Shown here: in pieces, positions 39,176 to 49,522 of the stretch
Layout: each line of letters begins with the position of its first letter
How positions within the stretch are numbered: position 1 is the stretch's first letter
Source of the DNA: an uncultured Chlamydiae bacterium
GTDB lineage: Bacteria > Chlamydiota > Chlamydiia > Chlamydiales > JAJFMA01
Assembly (NCBI GenBank): GCA_963713615.1
Contig: CAVQMM010000001.1
Coordinates: 3,648,001 to 3,712,000 of the forward strand
Length of the DNA: 64,000 nt
Direction: 5' to 3'
The notes under the pieces: model-generated
Seen by the model: only the letters and a program-made list of their open reading frames with translations
The model's database searches: none
Told to the model about the DNA's origin: nothing
Program-made: the position numbers and the translations under genes

Positions 39176-40093
39176 TCAAGCCCGCGGTGAATAATTTTTG
39201 CCGCCGCGGCCATAGACCAACGGTTCGGCCCCAGCATGCGATAAAAGCCGCATGCTGATATGTAAATTGTCGGCGGCATGAGTTAAGGCGCCTACCGATA
39301 TGCCATCGACGCCTGCTTCAGCGTATTCGCGGATGGTCTCTAGAGAGATGCCCGCGGAACCTTGCACATAGGCCTTCTTTCTGGCGGCGTGAATCTTTTT
39401 TACGCAACGACTCGTCTGTGCCGGAGACATATTTTCCAACATGATTGCGACGACATCGGCCTGTAGGGCGTCATCGAGATCTTCAAGACGACTGACTTCG
39501 ACTTCTACTGCTACGTCAGGGCGAAAGGCTCGGGCAGCGCGTACTGCTTCGCTAATAGGGTGTTCATGGCTAGCTGCCAAGAAGGCTAGGTAGTTTTTTT
39601 TGATGATAAAGCGGTCACTGAGGCCATAGCGATGCACTGTCCCACCGGCAACCTTGATGGCATACTTCTCTAGTGCGCGTAGACCTGGCAGTGTCGCTCG
39701 TGTGTCTAGGATGAGGCAATCATAACCTGCCACTTTGCGAACATATGCTGCTGTCACTGTAGCCACACCTGAAGCATGCTGGATAAAGTTTAGTGCGGTA
39801 CGTTCGGCGCTCAAAATGCCACGGGCGGGTCCTTCAATGGTCGCAATGCTCGTACCTGCCTTGTGGCTGGATCCTTCAGCGACGTGTAGTTTAACAGTAA
39901 TCTCTGGATCGGCTTTTTGAAATATTCTGTTAAGGTAGGGTAATCCGGCTAGAGTGCCGCTTTGCTTGGTTACCAAGATCCCTTGAGTGCGTGCTTCTAC
40001 CGGAATGCATGCTTCTGAGGTGATGTCACCGTGCCCGATGTCTTCTCGGATCGCTATCTCGATGAGACGTTCGATCTCTTCCTCAATATTCAT
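39176..40093 (-). CDS. nadC: Nicotinate-nucleotide pyrophosphorylase (quinolinate phosphoribosyltransferase)
   Basis: EDIGHGDITS, ERTALNF, DTRATLPGLRALEKYA, HRYGLSD, EVEV and ISVGALTH. Several canonical residues are diverged. Confidence 0.85.
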   Translation of the reverse strand: MNIEEEIERLIEIAIREDIGHGDITSEACIPVEARTQGILVTKQSGTLAGLPYLNRIFQKADPEITVKLHVAEGSSHKAGTSIATIEGPARGILSAERTALNFIQHASGVATVTAAYVRKVAGYDCLILDTRATLPGLRALEKYAIKVAGGTVHRYGLSDRFIIKKNYLAFLAASHEHPISEAVRAARAFRPDVAVEVEVSRLEDLDDALQADVVAIMLENMSPAQTSRCVKKIHAARKKAYVQGSAGISLETIREYAEAGVDGISVGALTHAADNLHISMRLLSHAGAEPLVYGRGGKNYSPRA

Positions 40094-40180
40094 GATCTCT
40101 CCTACGACTATAAGTAAGGAATCTTACCTGATTCGTTGCATGTTTGCAAGAGCTGCAGATGAAAGGACTTCTGGGGACTC

Positions 40181-40417
40181 ACAATCGTATCTCGGCGCGC
40201 AGCGCTTTGGAGTCTTTGGAGTGCGGTCGCTTGCGACCGCTTTGGGTCCTTGCGACGGCAGTGTTAAACGGCTTCGTATGGATTCGGTTAGGCTGCATGC
40301 ACTAACCATTTTACCCTTAGCGAATGATAGAGATGCCGTTTCACATGACCATCACAAAGAACGAAAAGCGGTCGCAAGCGACCGCACTCTCCAAAGCGCT
40401 GCGCGCCGAGACACGAC
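40181..40417. repeat. REP/REPIN-like inverted doublet, stand-alone copy
   Basis: Same arms and loop as 12865-13095. Confidence 0.85.
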
Positions 40418-40426
40418 ATGGCAAAA

Positions 40427-40696
40427 CTAGGCTTTTGGACGAATCGTAATTTTTCTTATGGGAGCTTCCTTTTCCGCTTCGGCAGGTACCGAGCTTCCCT
40501 TCGAGAGCTTCGCTGGTAGAGAAAGTTCGCAAAGGACACGCTTAGGTGTCTTGATGACTTCCAAGCAGTTTACGTGAAGCATCATCAGTGAATAATCCAA
40601 GAGATCATTCCCAATAGCCTTGCCTTCTTTGAGGACAAACATAAAAGGGTGCACTATCTGCTTGAGATCTTGATGTAATTTGGAGGACATTTGCAA
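40427..40696 (-). CDS. Hypothetical protein
   Basis: 89-aa ORF with an AGGAG RBS next to the start. Confidence 0.4.
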   Translation of the reverse strand: MQMSSKLHQDLKQIVHPFMFVLKEGKAIGNDLLDYSLMMLHVNCLEVIKTPKRVLCELSLPAKLSKGSSVPAEAEKEAPIRKITIRPKA

Positions 40697-40835
40697 CTCC
40701 TGAGAAATTTAATGAACCATAAATCATAGGAAGCAGTTGCGTGCATCTATACGGACCCATTCTACTTTGTCTTACCTTAAAAGTAAAGACATCAATTCTA
40801 AAAAGGTCAAAAAAAAAACCCTATATTTATAAGAT

Positions 40836-42089
40836 TTACCAGTTCCAACCCGTAGAGATGCCGACTTGATGGGTCTGGTTGTAGAGGTCATAGGTACCCC
40901 CACCGAAGTCCGCACTGATGGTCTTACCCTTGATTTTGCGTGGCTGTCCATAGGCATAGTAGCCCGAAACTTCTGAGCAATTGCTGACGTAGACCGTGAA
41001 GCCAAAGGTTATCAGCTGATCAACAACAGGACAAGTCAAAGCATTCATGAAAGTTTGGTCTGTACGTACGAGTTGCTGCGAATAACGATAGCCAGCTCGG
41101 ATGATCATACCTTCACTGAGTTTGCAGTCGGCACCGACATGCGCGATGAACTGATCCAGCCAGCCAAAGCCCGGTCCTTTGCTACTTCCGAAGGGGGTAC
41201 TCGTCACGGCTGCCATGGAGCTTGGTCCATCATGATGCCACCAGTTGATGGCACTCCACCCAATGTGTTCCATATCCACAGCAAAGCTATAGGGACAACA
41301 AGTGGGGTGGTAGTGAAAGCCGGCAACAATACGAGCAGGTATTTTTAGCTCACCATTAGAAGAGACAAGTCCGCGGTAGTTACGAAAATGGTGTGCAGGT
41401 CGTGCGAACTGATACATGGCACCAAGGCTTAAGCAGTGCGTTGGGGCAAAGATACCTCCCACGGTCCAGGTAAAACCTTGTGTAGTAGAAATTTTTCGGT
41501 TGGTAACGTTACCTAGTGACTGGGTAAAAGCTGACGTATCGAAGTTTTGAAGACCCTCTACCTTTAATGTCTGGCACATAAAGTCCCCTGAAACGCCAAT
41601 GGCAAAACGATCGAAGCGCAATGCAACGATAGGGGAAAGGATCCCCTCCCAGAATTGCATCATCAGATGTGTGGTACCCATGGCCGGAAAGACCCCGTCG
41701 TAACTTGCCTTAAGGAAATCTCTGGTATAGCCCACCAGACCGATTGATACGTCTACGGAGTTAAAAACCATGTAATTAAATCCAAAATCTGGCGTGCCAA
41801 AGTTATGACCTCGGTCACCCTGAAAGGATCCATTGGCATCGAATAACGTACTACCGGTTACGGTTGTTTGAGGGTGAGTATACTGCCAGTGGGCTCCGAT
41901 GTCGGCCCTTGTACCTACGTAGACCATCGTAGCAGGATTGTAGGCCCCAGAAAGGGCGTCTTGCGGATATGCAGCTCCGGTACCACCCATACCATAAGCC
42001 TTAACGCTGGCGAGTAATCCCTCAACGTCCAGAGGTAAGCTCAACAAGCTCCAAAAGACTCCCAGTGATAGCCAGACACGATTTGACAT
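40836..42089 (-). CDS. FadL/OmpP1-family outer-membrane beta-barrel
   Basis: Signal peptide, GMGGTGAAYPQDALSGAYNPA N-terminal motif, IRAGYRY and an aromatic C-terminus. Confidence 0.8.
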   Translation of the reverse strand: MSNRVWLSLGVFWSLLSLPLDVEGLLASVKAYGMGGTGAAYPQDALSGAYNPATMVYVGTRADIGAHWQYTHPQTTVTGSTLFDANGSFQGDRGHNFGTPDFGFNYMVFNSVDVSIGLVGYTRDFLKASYDGVFPAMGTTHLMMQFWEGILSPIVALRFDRFAIGVSGDFMCQTLKVEGLQNFDTSAFTQSLGNVTNRKISTTQGFTWTVGGIFAPTHCLSLGAMYQFARPAHHFRNYRGLVSSNGELKIPARIVAGFHYHPTCCPYSFAVDMEHIGWSAINWWHHDGPSSMAAVTSTPFGSSKGPGFGWLDQFIAHVGADCKLSEGMIIRAGYRYSQQLVRTDQTFMNALTCPVVDQLITFGFTVYVSNCSEVSGYYAYGQPRKIKGKTISADFGGGTYDLYNQTHQVGISTGWNW

Positions 42090-42255
42090 GACCTTCCTCT
42101 TTTCAGTTTAGCCTAGCTTGGCGCGGAATCACCAAATACTGCTGGGAAGCTCGTAATTTGTAAATGAAAAATATTAGTGCTGCTATGGTCGCTCTTGGAT
42201 GGACTAAAGGACTAAAGCGATAAAAAAGACATAGCAGACGCGTGCCGAACATGTT

Positions 42256-42314
42256 CTCGTCACAAACCACGACATCCGACCTTTTTCGTCCGACCGCAAA
42301 GGTGAACAAGGTCC
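42256..42314 (-). mobile_element. Truncated GGCCTTGTTC MITE (subtype B) fragment
   Basis: CTCGTCACAAACCACGACATCCGACCTTTTTCGTCCGACCGCAAAGGTGAACAAGG matches the reverse complement of the 46341 copy, with a deletion. Confidence 0.75.
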
Positions 42315-42318
42315 CTTT

Positions 42319-42616
42319 GAGGTAATTTCAGAAGTATTTGGGTTCTCATGGATCGATTCTTTGGAAAAAAAATCACTTTTTTTTGTGAGAAGGCGATTCT
42401 GGAGAGCTTAAGTGGTATGGCACTATCCAGTCTGGAAAGACAGGCTTTTCTCCCTTCCCAGGCCCGAAGGGTCGATATTGCAACAGGCCATGGCATCGCC
42501 ACATAGGCCTGTTGCAATATCGACCCTTCAGGCCTGGGAAGGGAATGACTCTCTCTTCACCGGCATCCGATTTTCAGGAAATTGATTTCGGAAAATCGGA
42601 CTTCTGCAATTACCTC
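42319..42616. mobile_element. GAGGTAATT-TIR element, copy 3 (reverse orientation, minimal inner hairpin)
   Basis: TIRs with CTTT on both sides; inner hairpin CCCTTCCCAGGCCCGAAGGGTCGATATTGCAACAGGCC...GGCCTGTTGCAATATCGACCCTTCAGGCCTGGGAAGGG. Confidence 0.88.
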
Positions 42617-42715
42617 CTTTGAGCTTTTTTGCAGTGTCTTGACGTTTTATTAATGCGAAACGAACTCACTTCGCATAAACTAAACGGGTAGAATATCGGA
42701 CATGAGGAGAGTGAC

Positions 42716-43480
42716 ATGACCATGGGGCCGGTAACGTACGCTGGCCTGGGTGCAGCGGGGGGGTGGCAGGACGACATTGCCAATCTTGGAAGGGCCTTGT
42801 TTTCCGGACTAAAACCAGAGGACTCTCTGGCGCTCCGCCGCTATTATGCCTGGGGAAGCATTCGCAAGATTGTCTTGTTGGTTCCGGAGGATATGTATCG
42901 CTATTCGCGTCTTTTCATCCTAGCCATAGTCTGCAGCTTGGTTCAGTGTACTGGTAACAGGCATTGGATACGCTCGATCAAAATGGCTGTTAATGAAGAG
43001 GCGTTGGACCTAGCTATTCATTCCTTCGAATTTACGATCTTCCAGGCAGGCTGGCTGCACCCGCGTACAGGTATTGCTCTGCACGCCATTCAACGCCTGT
43101 GTCACCGAGCTTTATTGGTTAGCAACAGATGTCGTCATCGCTTTTGGGGTTTCCGCGAGGTTGTAAAAGGTTTTTCTAATCCCATCAATGGCCACTGTCT
43201 TCGAATGGCGCTGTGGGCTAGGGTTCGCCGAATCTATCATTACGCCAAACTGGTGTTTGCTTCAGCATTGCTTAAATTAGCCGAAGTGTTTGGCGCCGAA
43301 AAATTCCGAAGCAAGCTGAAGCTCCTCGTCGGGGATCTATCCTATTTGGTTCAGGACAAACTAGACGAGCCTCGCTACGAGCTTGGAATGGTTTTTCCAT
43401 GTCTGTCACATGAGTGGTTTGGATGGGTAATGGAAACAGCTCGTAGGGTGATGGTCTATAGCCTTAACCGCATACTCTAA
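42716..43480 (+). CDS. Hypothetical protein
   Basis: 254-aa ORF with a GAGGAG RBS. Confidence 0.55.
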   Translation: MTMGPVTYAGLGAAGGWQDDIANLGRALFSGLKPEDSLALRRYYAWGSIRKIVLLVPEDMYRYSRLFILAIVCSLVQCTGNRHWIRSIKMAVNEEALDLAIHSFEFTIFQAGWLHPRTGIALHAIQRLCHRALLVSNRCRHRFWGFREVVKGFSNPINGHCLRMALWARVRRIYHYAKLVFASALLKLAEVFGAEKFRSKLKLLVGDLSYLVQDKLDEPRYELGMVFPCLSHEWFGWVMETARRVMVYSLNRIL

Positions 43481-43500
43481 CCGCGCGTTGTATACCCGGG

Positions 43501-43986
43501 TTAGATCACCAGCCACTGAATCGATTTAGTAATGAGATAGGCAGGAATGGCTACTGAAACGACAGCCACTAGAAAGCGCATGGCATCATCAAAGATGGCT
43601 TTTATGTCCTTTTGAAAGGCTGCGATGATTTCGACTTCAGGATCCCACACCATATACACATGATGCCAAAAGTGAGGAGCTGTCTTGCTATAACCCCAGA
43701 AGCCTACAGCGGCTGCAGAGACAAGGCAGATGCCGCCGTCAGTGTTCATGAATTCGTTTATACTAAGTTCCTTTGGTGCCCATGGCTGTAGCAAAAAACA
43801 GTTGGGAAGTACAAAGCCTATAGCGCTAGCCCCCACTGTTCCTGTCACCATCGTAGCAGCGCTTGTGGCAGCGCTTTTCAAATTGGCGATGGTGACAGCC
43901 TGCCTTTCTTCCTTAGAGATCCATCCCGAAGAAAATAAAAAAGCCAAGTGGGCACGATGTATTATCGACATCCCGATGTTCTCCAT
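43501..43986 (-). CDS. Hypothetical membrane protein
   Basis: 161 aa with several hydrophobic segments. Confidence 0.55.
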   Translation of the reverse strand: MENIGMSIIHRAHLAFLFSSGWISKEERQAVTIANLKSAATSAATMVTGTVGASAIGFVLPNCFLLQPWAPKELSINEFMNTDGGICLVSAAAVGFWGYSKTAPHFWHHVYMVWDPEVEIIAAFQKDIKAIFDDAMRFLVAVVSVAIPAYLITKSIQWLVI

Positions 43987-44048
43987 TTGGTAAATGCAAA
44001 TCAGCCTTTCATATCTATGTTAAGACTATGCAAAGATCCAGTCAAATA

Positions 44049-44240
44049 TCCTTTGACGCAATCATTCTATGCATAGTGCTTGAAATAGCGTCTATTCGAG
44101 TGAGCATAAAGATTTAAATGCCAGTTAAATAACGCGCCCGCAGCACTCTGGCGTGTTATTTGACGACCTACGAATCCATCAACGAATATCAAGAAAAAGA
44201 TGTGTGCAACACTATGCAGGAATGACTGCGCCACATAGGA
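44049..44240. repeat. Inverted-repeat element (GAATGACTGCGCCACATAGGA family) abutting the Rhs 5' end
   Basis: TCCTTTGACGCAATCATTCTATGCATAGTG / CACTATGCAGGAATGACTGCGCCACATAGGA; same family as 63550-63770. Confidence 0.7.
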
Positions 44241-44508
44241 GTGTTTCTTTATGTTCATTTGGGTAGTCTGACTATCACCTTTCAAGACGGTCTCGTTTTC
44301 CAGAGGCAGCCTATAAGCCGCTCCTATATTCCCCCTTATGTACCACAAGGGATTGTAGCCTGGGAGAGGTGGCACAAATATGCCAAGACCGGTGATGGAG
44401 AGCTGGAGCGTTGGAAGCTCAACAAGCACCTTGGACGAACATACAAAGGATGGGTGTTCTTTCCTCACATGCACTTACAATGCCTCGGCCTTCATACGTT
44501 GCGTAATC

Positions 44509-44668
44509 GGCCTTGTTCGACTTTTCGCGCAGTTTTCGGTCGGCTGCGAGGCGCCCATCTGCAGCATTCGCCTCCTCGGCAATAGCTAGCGCTATTCCCT
44601 CGTCGTCGACTGCTGCATCTGGGACCTCTCGCCTGACCGAAATTCTGCCCGGAAAGCCGAACAAGGCC
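44509..44668 (-). mobile_element. 160-bp MITE subtype A inside Rhs
   Basis: TIRs; TSD GCGTAATC at 44501-44508 and 44669-44676. Confidence 0.95.
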
Positions 44669-46340
44669 GCGTAATCGAGGTCCATATGAAGGTGAGCTAT
44701 TGGTTCGTCTCATCGATCCAAATGGGATTAGCCTAGAAGTCCATGTGACAGGTGATTCTAAAGTAAAGCTCATCAATGAGCCCTATGGAATCAGCAACGT
44801 ATGTGGTGAAACCCCCAGTGGTCGCTATGATATTCGAAATACGCGTATCGCGTCCTTAGAGAATCGCGCAAAAATCGTTGTCTCCTCTCCTGAAGGAATT
44901 ACACGACATTATCGAAAAAATGAGAGTCACTTTTACCTACTAGACAAGGAAATTTTAGCGAATGGAAAGGTCCTTAGGTATACCTACAATGGAAGAGACC
45001 TTCGTTTAATCGAAAGTTTAGATCCTCAGGAAAGGTACGTTTATGCGTCGATTGCTGTGGAAGGTGCTCCCGCAGCCAAAAAATGCCAGTTTCTTAGTAA
45101 CTCAGGACAATCGGCCTCTTATGAATATCAAACGCGCACGGAGTTCATACCTTTAAAGGTAAGAAGGATAGAGCGAGCAAGCTGGCCTCCTCTCCTCTCT
45201 GCGGTAAATAGTCCCTTTTATCATCACGAGAAGCTAAACTATACCAATATGTTTGTCTTGGAGAGCCAGCAGAGCCATCTTCAACCCTTTAAATGCAGCT
45301 ATAGTACAACATCGAGCCATAATGGCCCCCCGCACCTTCGCATAGACAAGCTTTGGTTCCCCAATCCGGGAGGCGTTGAATCCGCAGCTTACACATTTAG
45401 TTATCACCCTCCCGTACCTGGAGACAGAGGAGGGCAAACCATTGTAAAAAGTAGTGATGGCAGCTCAATTGTCTACTACATGACCAGAGAACTCCTACCC
45501 GAAAAAAACCTGTGTTACAATGCCCAGAACCAGCTTTGCAAACAAACGATCTACCATTGGAGCAACCAACAATGGCTAATAGCTGTCGAAGTCAAAGACG
45601 GACAAAACAATCTTCTTCATCAGAAAAGCTATGAATACGACAGCTTTGGGAATCCTACCATGATTCGGTTGACTGGAGACATCACTGGAGATGGCAAGCT
45701 ACTAAATACAACGGTCAAGCGAAGCTATTCGCAAGATGGAAGGAACCTCCTGTTGCGGGAGGAGGCAGATAATGGAAAAATCACCTCTTTTACCTACTTA
45801 ACCAATACGAATCTAATCACCTCCAAACTCATCCAGGAAGATAATCGTATCCTAAAACGCGAATTCTTCGCATATGATTCCTGCAACAACCTGGTCAGTG
45901 AAATCATTGATGATGGGGCTAGTGAAGATAGTCACGATCTGCAGGGTGTTACCCAGCGAAATACGAAAAAATATACTTTGCGTGACCAACAAACCTTTTT
46001 GCATATGGTCGAGTGGGTTGAGGAGAGCTATTTCGATGGCACGGCTGAGAGAACATGGAAACAGACTCACTATACCTATGATGAATGGGGCAATGTGAGC
46101 CAAGAGGACGTTTATGATGCTGACCTAAATTTAGCCTACAGTCTATTTAAGAAGTACAACGAACGCGGAGATGTTCTATCGGAGACCAATGCGTTAGGGG
46201 AAAAAGCCCTCTACACCTATAACGATCGTGGATACCAAACCTCGGCTACTGACTACAGCCAGGAATTGCTAACTGAAAAATCTTATGATGCCAAGGGACG
46301 TCTTATAGAGAAAACAGAAAAGGGTAGGGATGGAATTAAA

Positions 46341-46500
46341 GGCCTTGTTCACCTTTACGGTCAGAATTTCGGTCGGACGAAAAAGGTCGGATGTCGTGGT
46401 TTGTGACGAGGGCATAGCGCCAGCTATGTCCGAGGAGCAAAACGCGACAGACGATCCTTTTGCAGTCGACCGAAAACTGACCGCAAAGGTGAATAAGGCC
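46341..46500 (+). mobile_element. 160-bp MITE subtype B inside Rhs
   Basis: TIR GGCCTTGTTC/GAATAAGGCC; TSD GAATTAAA at 46333-46340 and 46501-46508. Confidence 0.95.
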
Positions 46501-49500
46501 GAATTAAACACACCACACACTATCGCTATGACGCGCAAGACCGTCTGGTGCAAGAGATCGATCCTTACGGCAATATCACCAGATATACGTACGATCCCGT
46601 TACCAACAAAATTATTCAAACAGAGCTTCCTCCCATCTTAGGCTTGGATGGACAATCTATACCCGTGACTCAGCGATCAACGTACGACGCATTGGGTCGC
46701 GAACTCACCAAAACCGATGAAAATAGTCAGACAACCTCCTATCGTTACAATGCCCTTGGCTCCCCTACTGAAATTACCCATCCTGATGGCAGTCAAGAAC
46801 ATTTTAGGTATGCCATCACAGGTCAATTGAAGAGCTATACTGATCGAGATGGGTTAACCACTGAGTATACTCGTGACCTCTTTGACCGAGTGACCTCCAA
46901 GACCTACTATACGACTAACGAAGAGTCTATCGCACGAGAAACCTATGTCTATAACGCCTTTAACCTCCTAGAAGAAACAGATCGGGAAGGGCATCACAAA
47001 ACCTACTCTTACGATGGAGCAGGACGTCTAATTTCTGAGTCCTATTGTGGAAAACTCACCAGCTATGCCTACGATAACCTGGGAAGGCAAGCCTCTATCG
47101 TTCAGCATAATGGCGAAAACACCCTTTGTACTGTATTTAAGAGAGATCTATTAGACCGCGTCCTCGAAAGGACTCAAACGACTCCAGCTGGAAATGTGCT
47201 TCACAAGATTGCCTATCGTTATGACAGCAAGGGCAATATCAACCGAACCACTCGTTTGATCAATGGCAGCGAGGCTATCGAAGAGAGTCACTACGACTCA
47301 CTCAATCGGCTAATTGAGAAGTGCGATGCCCTTGGAAACGCCACCAAAATCAGCTATGAAGAGACCGCACTAAACGCGATCGGACAAAAGGTCTTAAGCA
47401 AAAGGATAATCGACCCGAAACAGATCACGACACTTGTGATCCATGACGCTTACGATCGAGAGGTCAAAAGGGAAATTCTTGATGCAAATCAGGGAGTTCT
47501 TTCCTGCCAAGAGATGACCTACGATGGTGCAGGAAACCTTCTGCAGAAGCAAGATCACATTCATGTCGATGGTACTTTTCAAAAAACACAAACAGTACGA
47601 TACCAGTACACCTCTACGAATGAGGTGGAGAGCTGCACTAGGGCCTATGGGACGCCCTTGGCCAGAACCACAACTTATGACTATACCCCTGAAGGGCAAA
47701 TCGCAGTGAAAAGAATGCCTAATGGCATCCATCTTTATTATGACTACCATCCCTTCGGTTTTTTGGCCGAGCTGACCTCTTCAGATGGAAAGGTACATCT
47801 GAAATATTCCTATAATAAGCTAGGACATTTATTGCAGGCCTGCGACCTAACAACTGGAGTGAGCATTCAAAGAGAGGTGGACCCCTTCGGCAATATTCTG
47901 TCGGAACGCTTTTCGCATGGTCTGAAGATAGACAAAACCTATGACTGTAGAGACCGTCCGCTTGAGGTTAGCTTGTCTGGGCAAGGAACCATCCAGTACC
48001 AGTATGATCCGCTCTATTTGCGGAGCGTCATCCGTCAAAAGCACCCCGATGACAGAACCTACGTGCATCAGTATAGTGAATATGACTTGGCTGGGCATGT
48101 GGTAACTGAGCAGCTCATGGATGATCTAGGATCCATCCATCATACTGTGGACTTGAAGGGGCGCAAAATAGGATGTAAAAGTTCGTATTTCACGCAGCAA
48201 TGTGTCTACGACGAGCGAGACAATTTAGTTCAGGCATGGGTTGACGATAGGCCATTCACATACGATTATGACGATCTTTCTCAGCTCCGCTTGGAAGAGG
48301 AGGCAGATGGCTCGCACACTTACCTGCACGACTCGAATTACAATCGCGTGATCGCAAATGACCATTCATGCGAGACCAATGATTTGAATGAACTGCTCTC
48401 TTCAGGACCAGTACAATGCACCTATGACCTCAATGGAAATCTGATCTCGAAAAAAACACCGCAAGCTACAGTCAACTTTACTTACAATGCCCTAAACCAG
48501 CTGTTGGAAGTTTCGGATGACAGACTCATCGCCAAAATGACCTATGACCCGTTGGGGAGGAGGCTGAGCAAAACAGCCTTTCTAGCCCAAGAGGGTGAAT
48601 GGACACAAATAAGTCATGAGAACTACCTCTATGATGGTGAAAACGAGATTGGCGCCTTTGATGTCGACGGTCGTGTCAAACAACTACGGGTGCTGGGACT
48701 AGCACTGCACAAGAATGCACCTCAGACTGTGGCTATTGAGCTCAGCGGAGAGCTTTACGTTCCTCTGATGGATTTTCAGGGCAATATAGGTCGATTAGTC
48801 GACTCCAAGTCCAAGAAGATCACAGAATCTTATGACTTCTCAGCCTTTGGTGAAGAGTTCTTCAGTAGTGTGCGAATACTGGCAAACCCTTGGAGATATG
48901 CATCTAAACGAACCGATCCTGAGTTTAACCTCATCAACTTTGGCAAGCGCTATTATGATCCAGAGCTGGGCAGGTGGCTTGCCACGGATCCAGCGGGCTT
49001 CATTGATGGGACAAACCTTTATGTTTACCTCTTCAACAACCCATTCCGTTATATTGATCCCGATGGACAGTTTGCGGCAGTCTTACTTCTGCCCCTTTTG
49101 GAATGGGGAGGTGCTGCTGGGCTAACATGGCTCGTATCAAGCACAGCAATATGCACAGCCATTACCGGAGCATTGGTCTATACAGCCATTTCCTGGGGCA
49201 TGGACACTATCATCGCAAAGGATGGCCCTGACGATTCCGATCCCTATGAAACCGAAGTGGAGTATCAGAATAGAGGAAAGGGAAAACAATGGAGGGAGAA
49301 AAAACGACGTCCAAAAGACGAAGATGGACATGATCCCATTCCTGACCGAAGTGACGAGCAGAACAAGCAAGCCAGGGCTGCAAGAAGGGCTGCTGAGAAA
49401 AACACAGGCAAGCGCTTTAACCATGAGAAGGAACGAATACATCACAAAAACACCACAGGCAGAGGACTCAACTTTAGGCAATTAATGGAAGCGGCTGAGG

Positions 49501-49522
49501 ATGTATTAAATGGACTTTTACG

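Noticed and set aside
44509..46500. Self-splicing introns or inteins in the Rhs gene
   Set aside because: The inserts have TIRs and 8-bp TSDs and occur in both orientations and in intergenic sites. They are too short for group I/II introns and contain stops, so they are not inteins.
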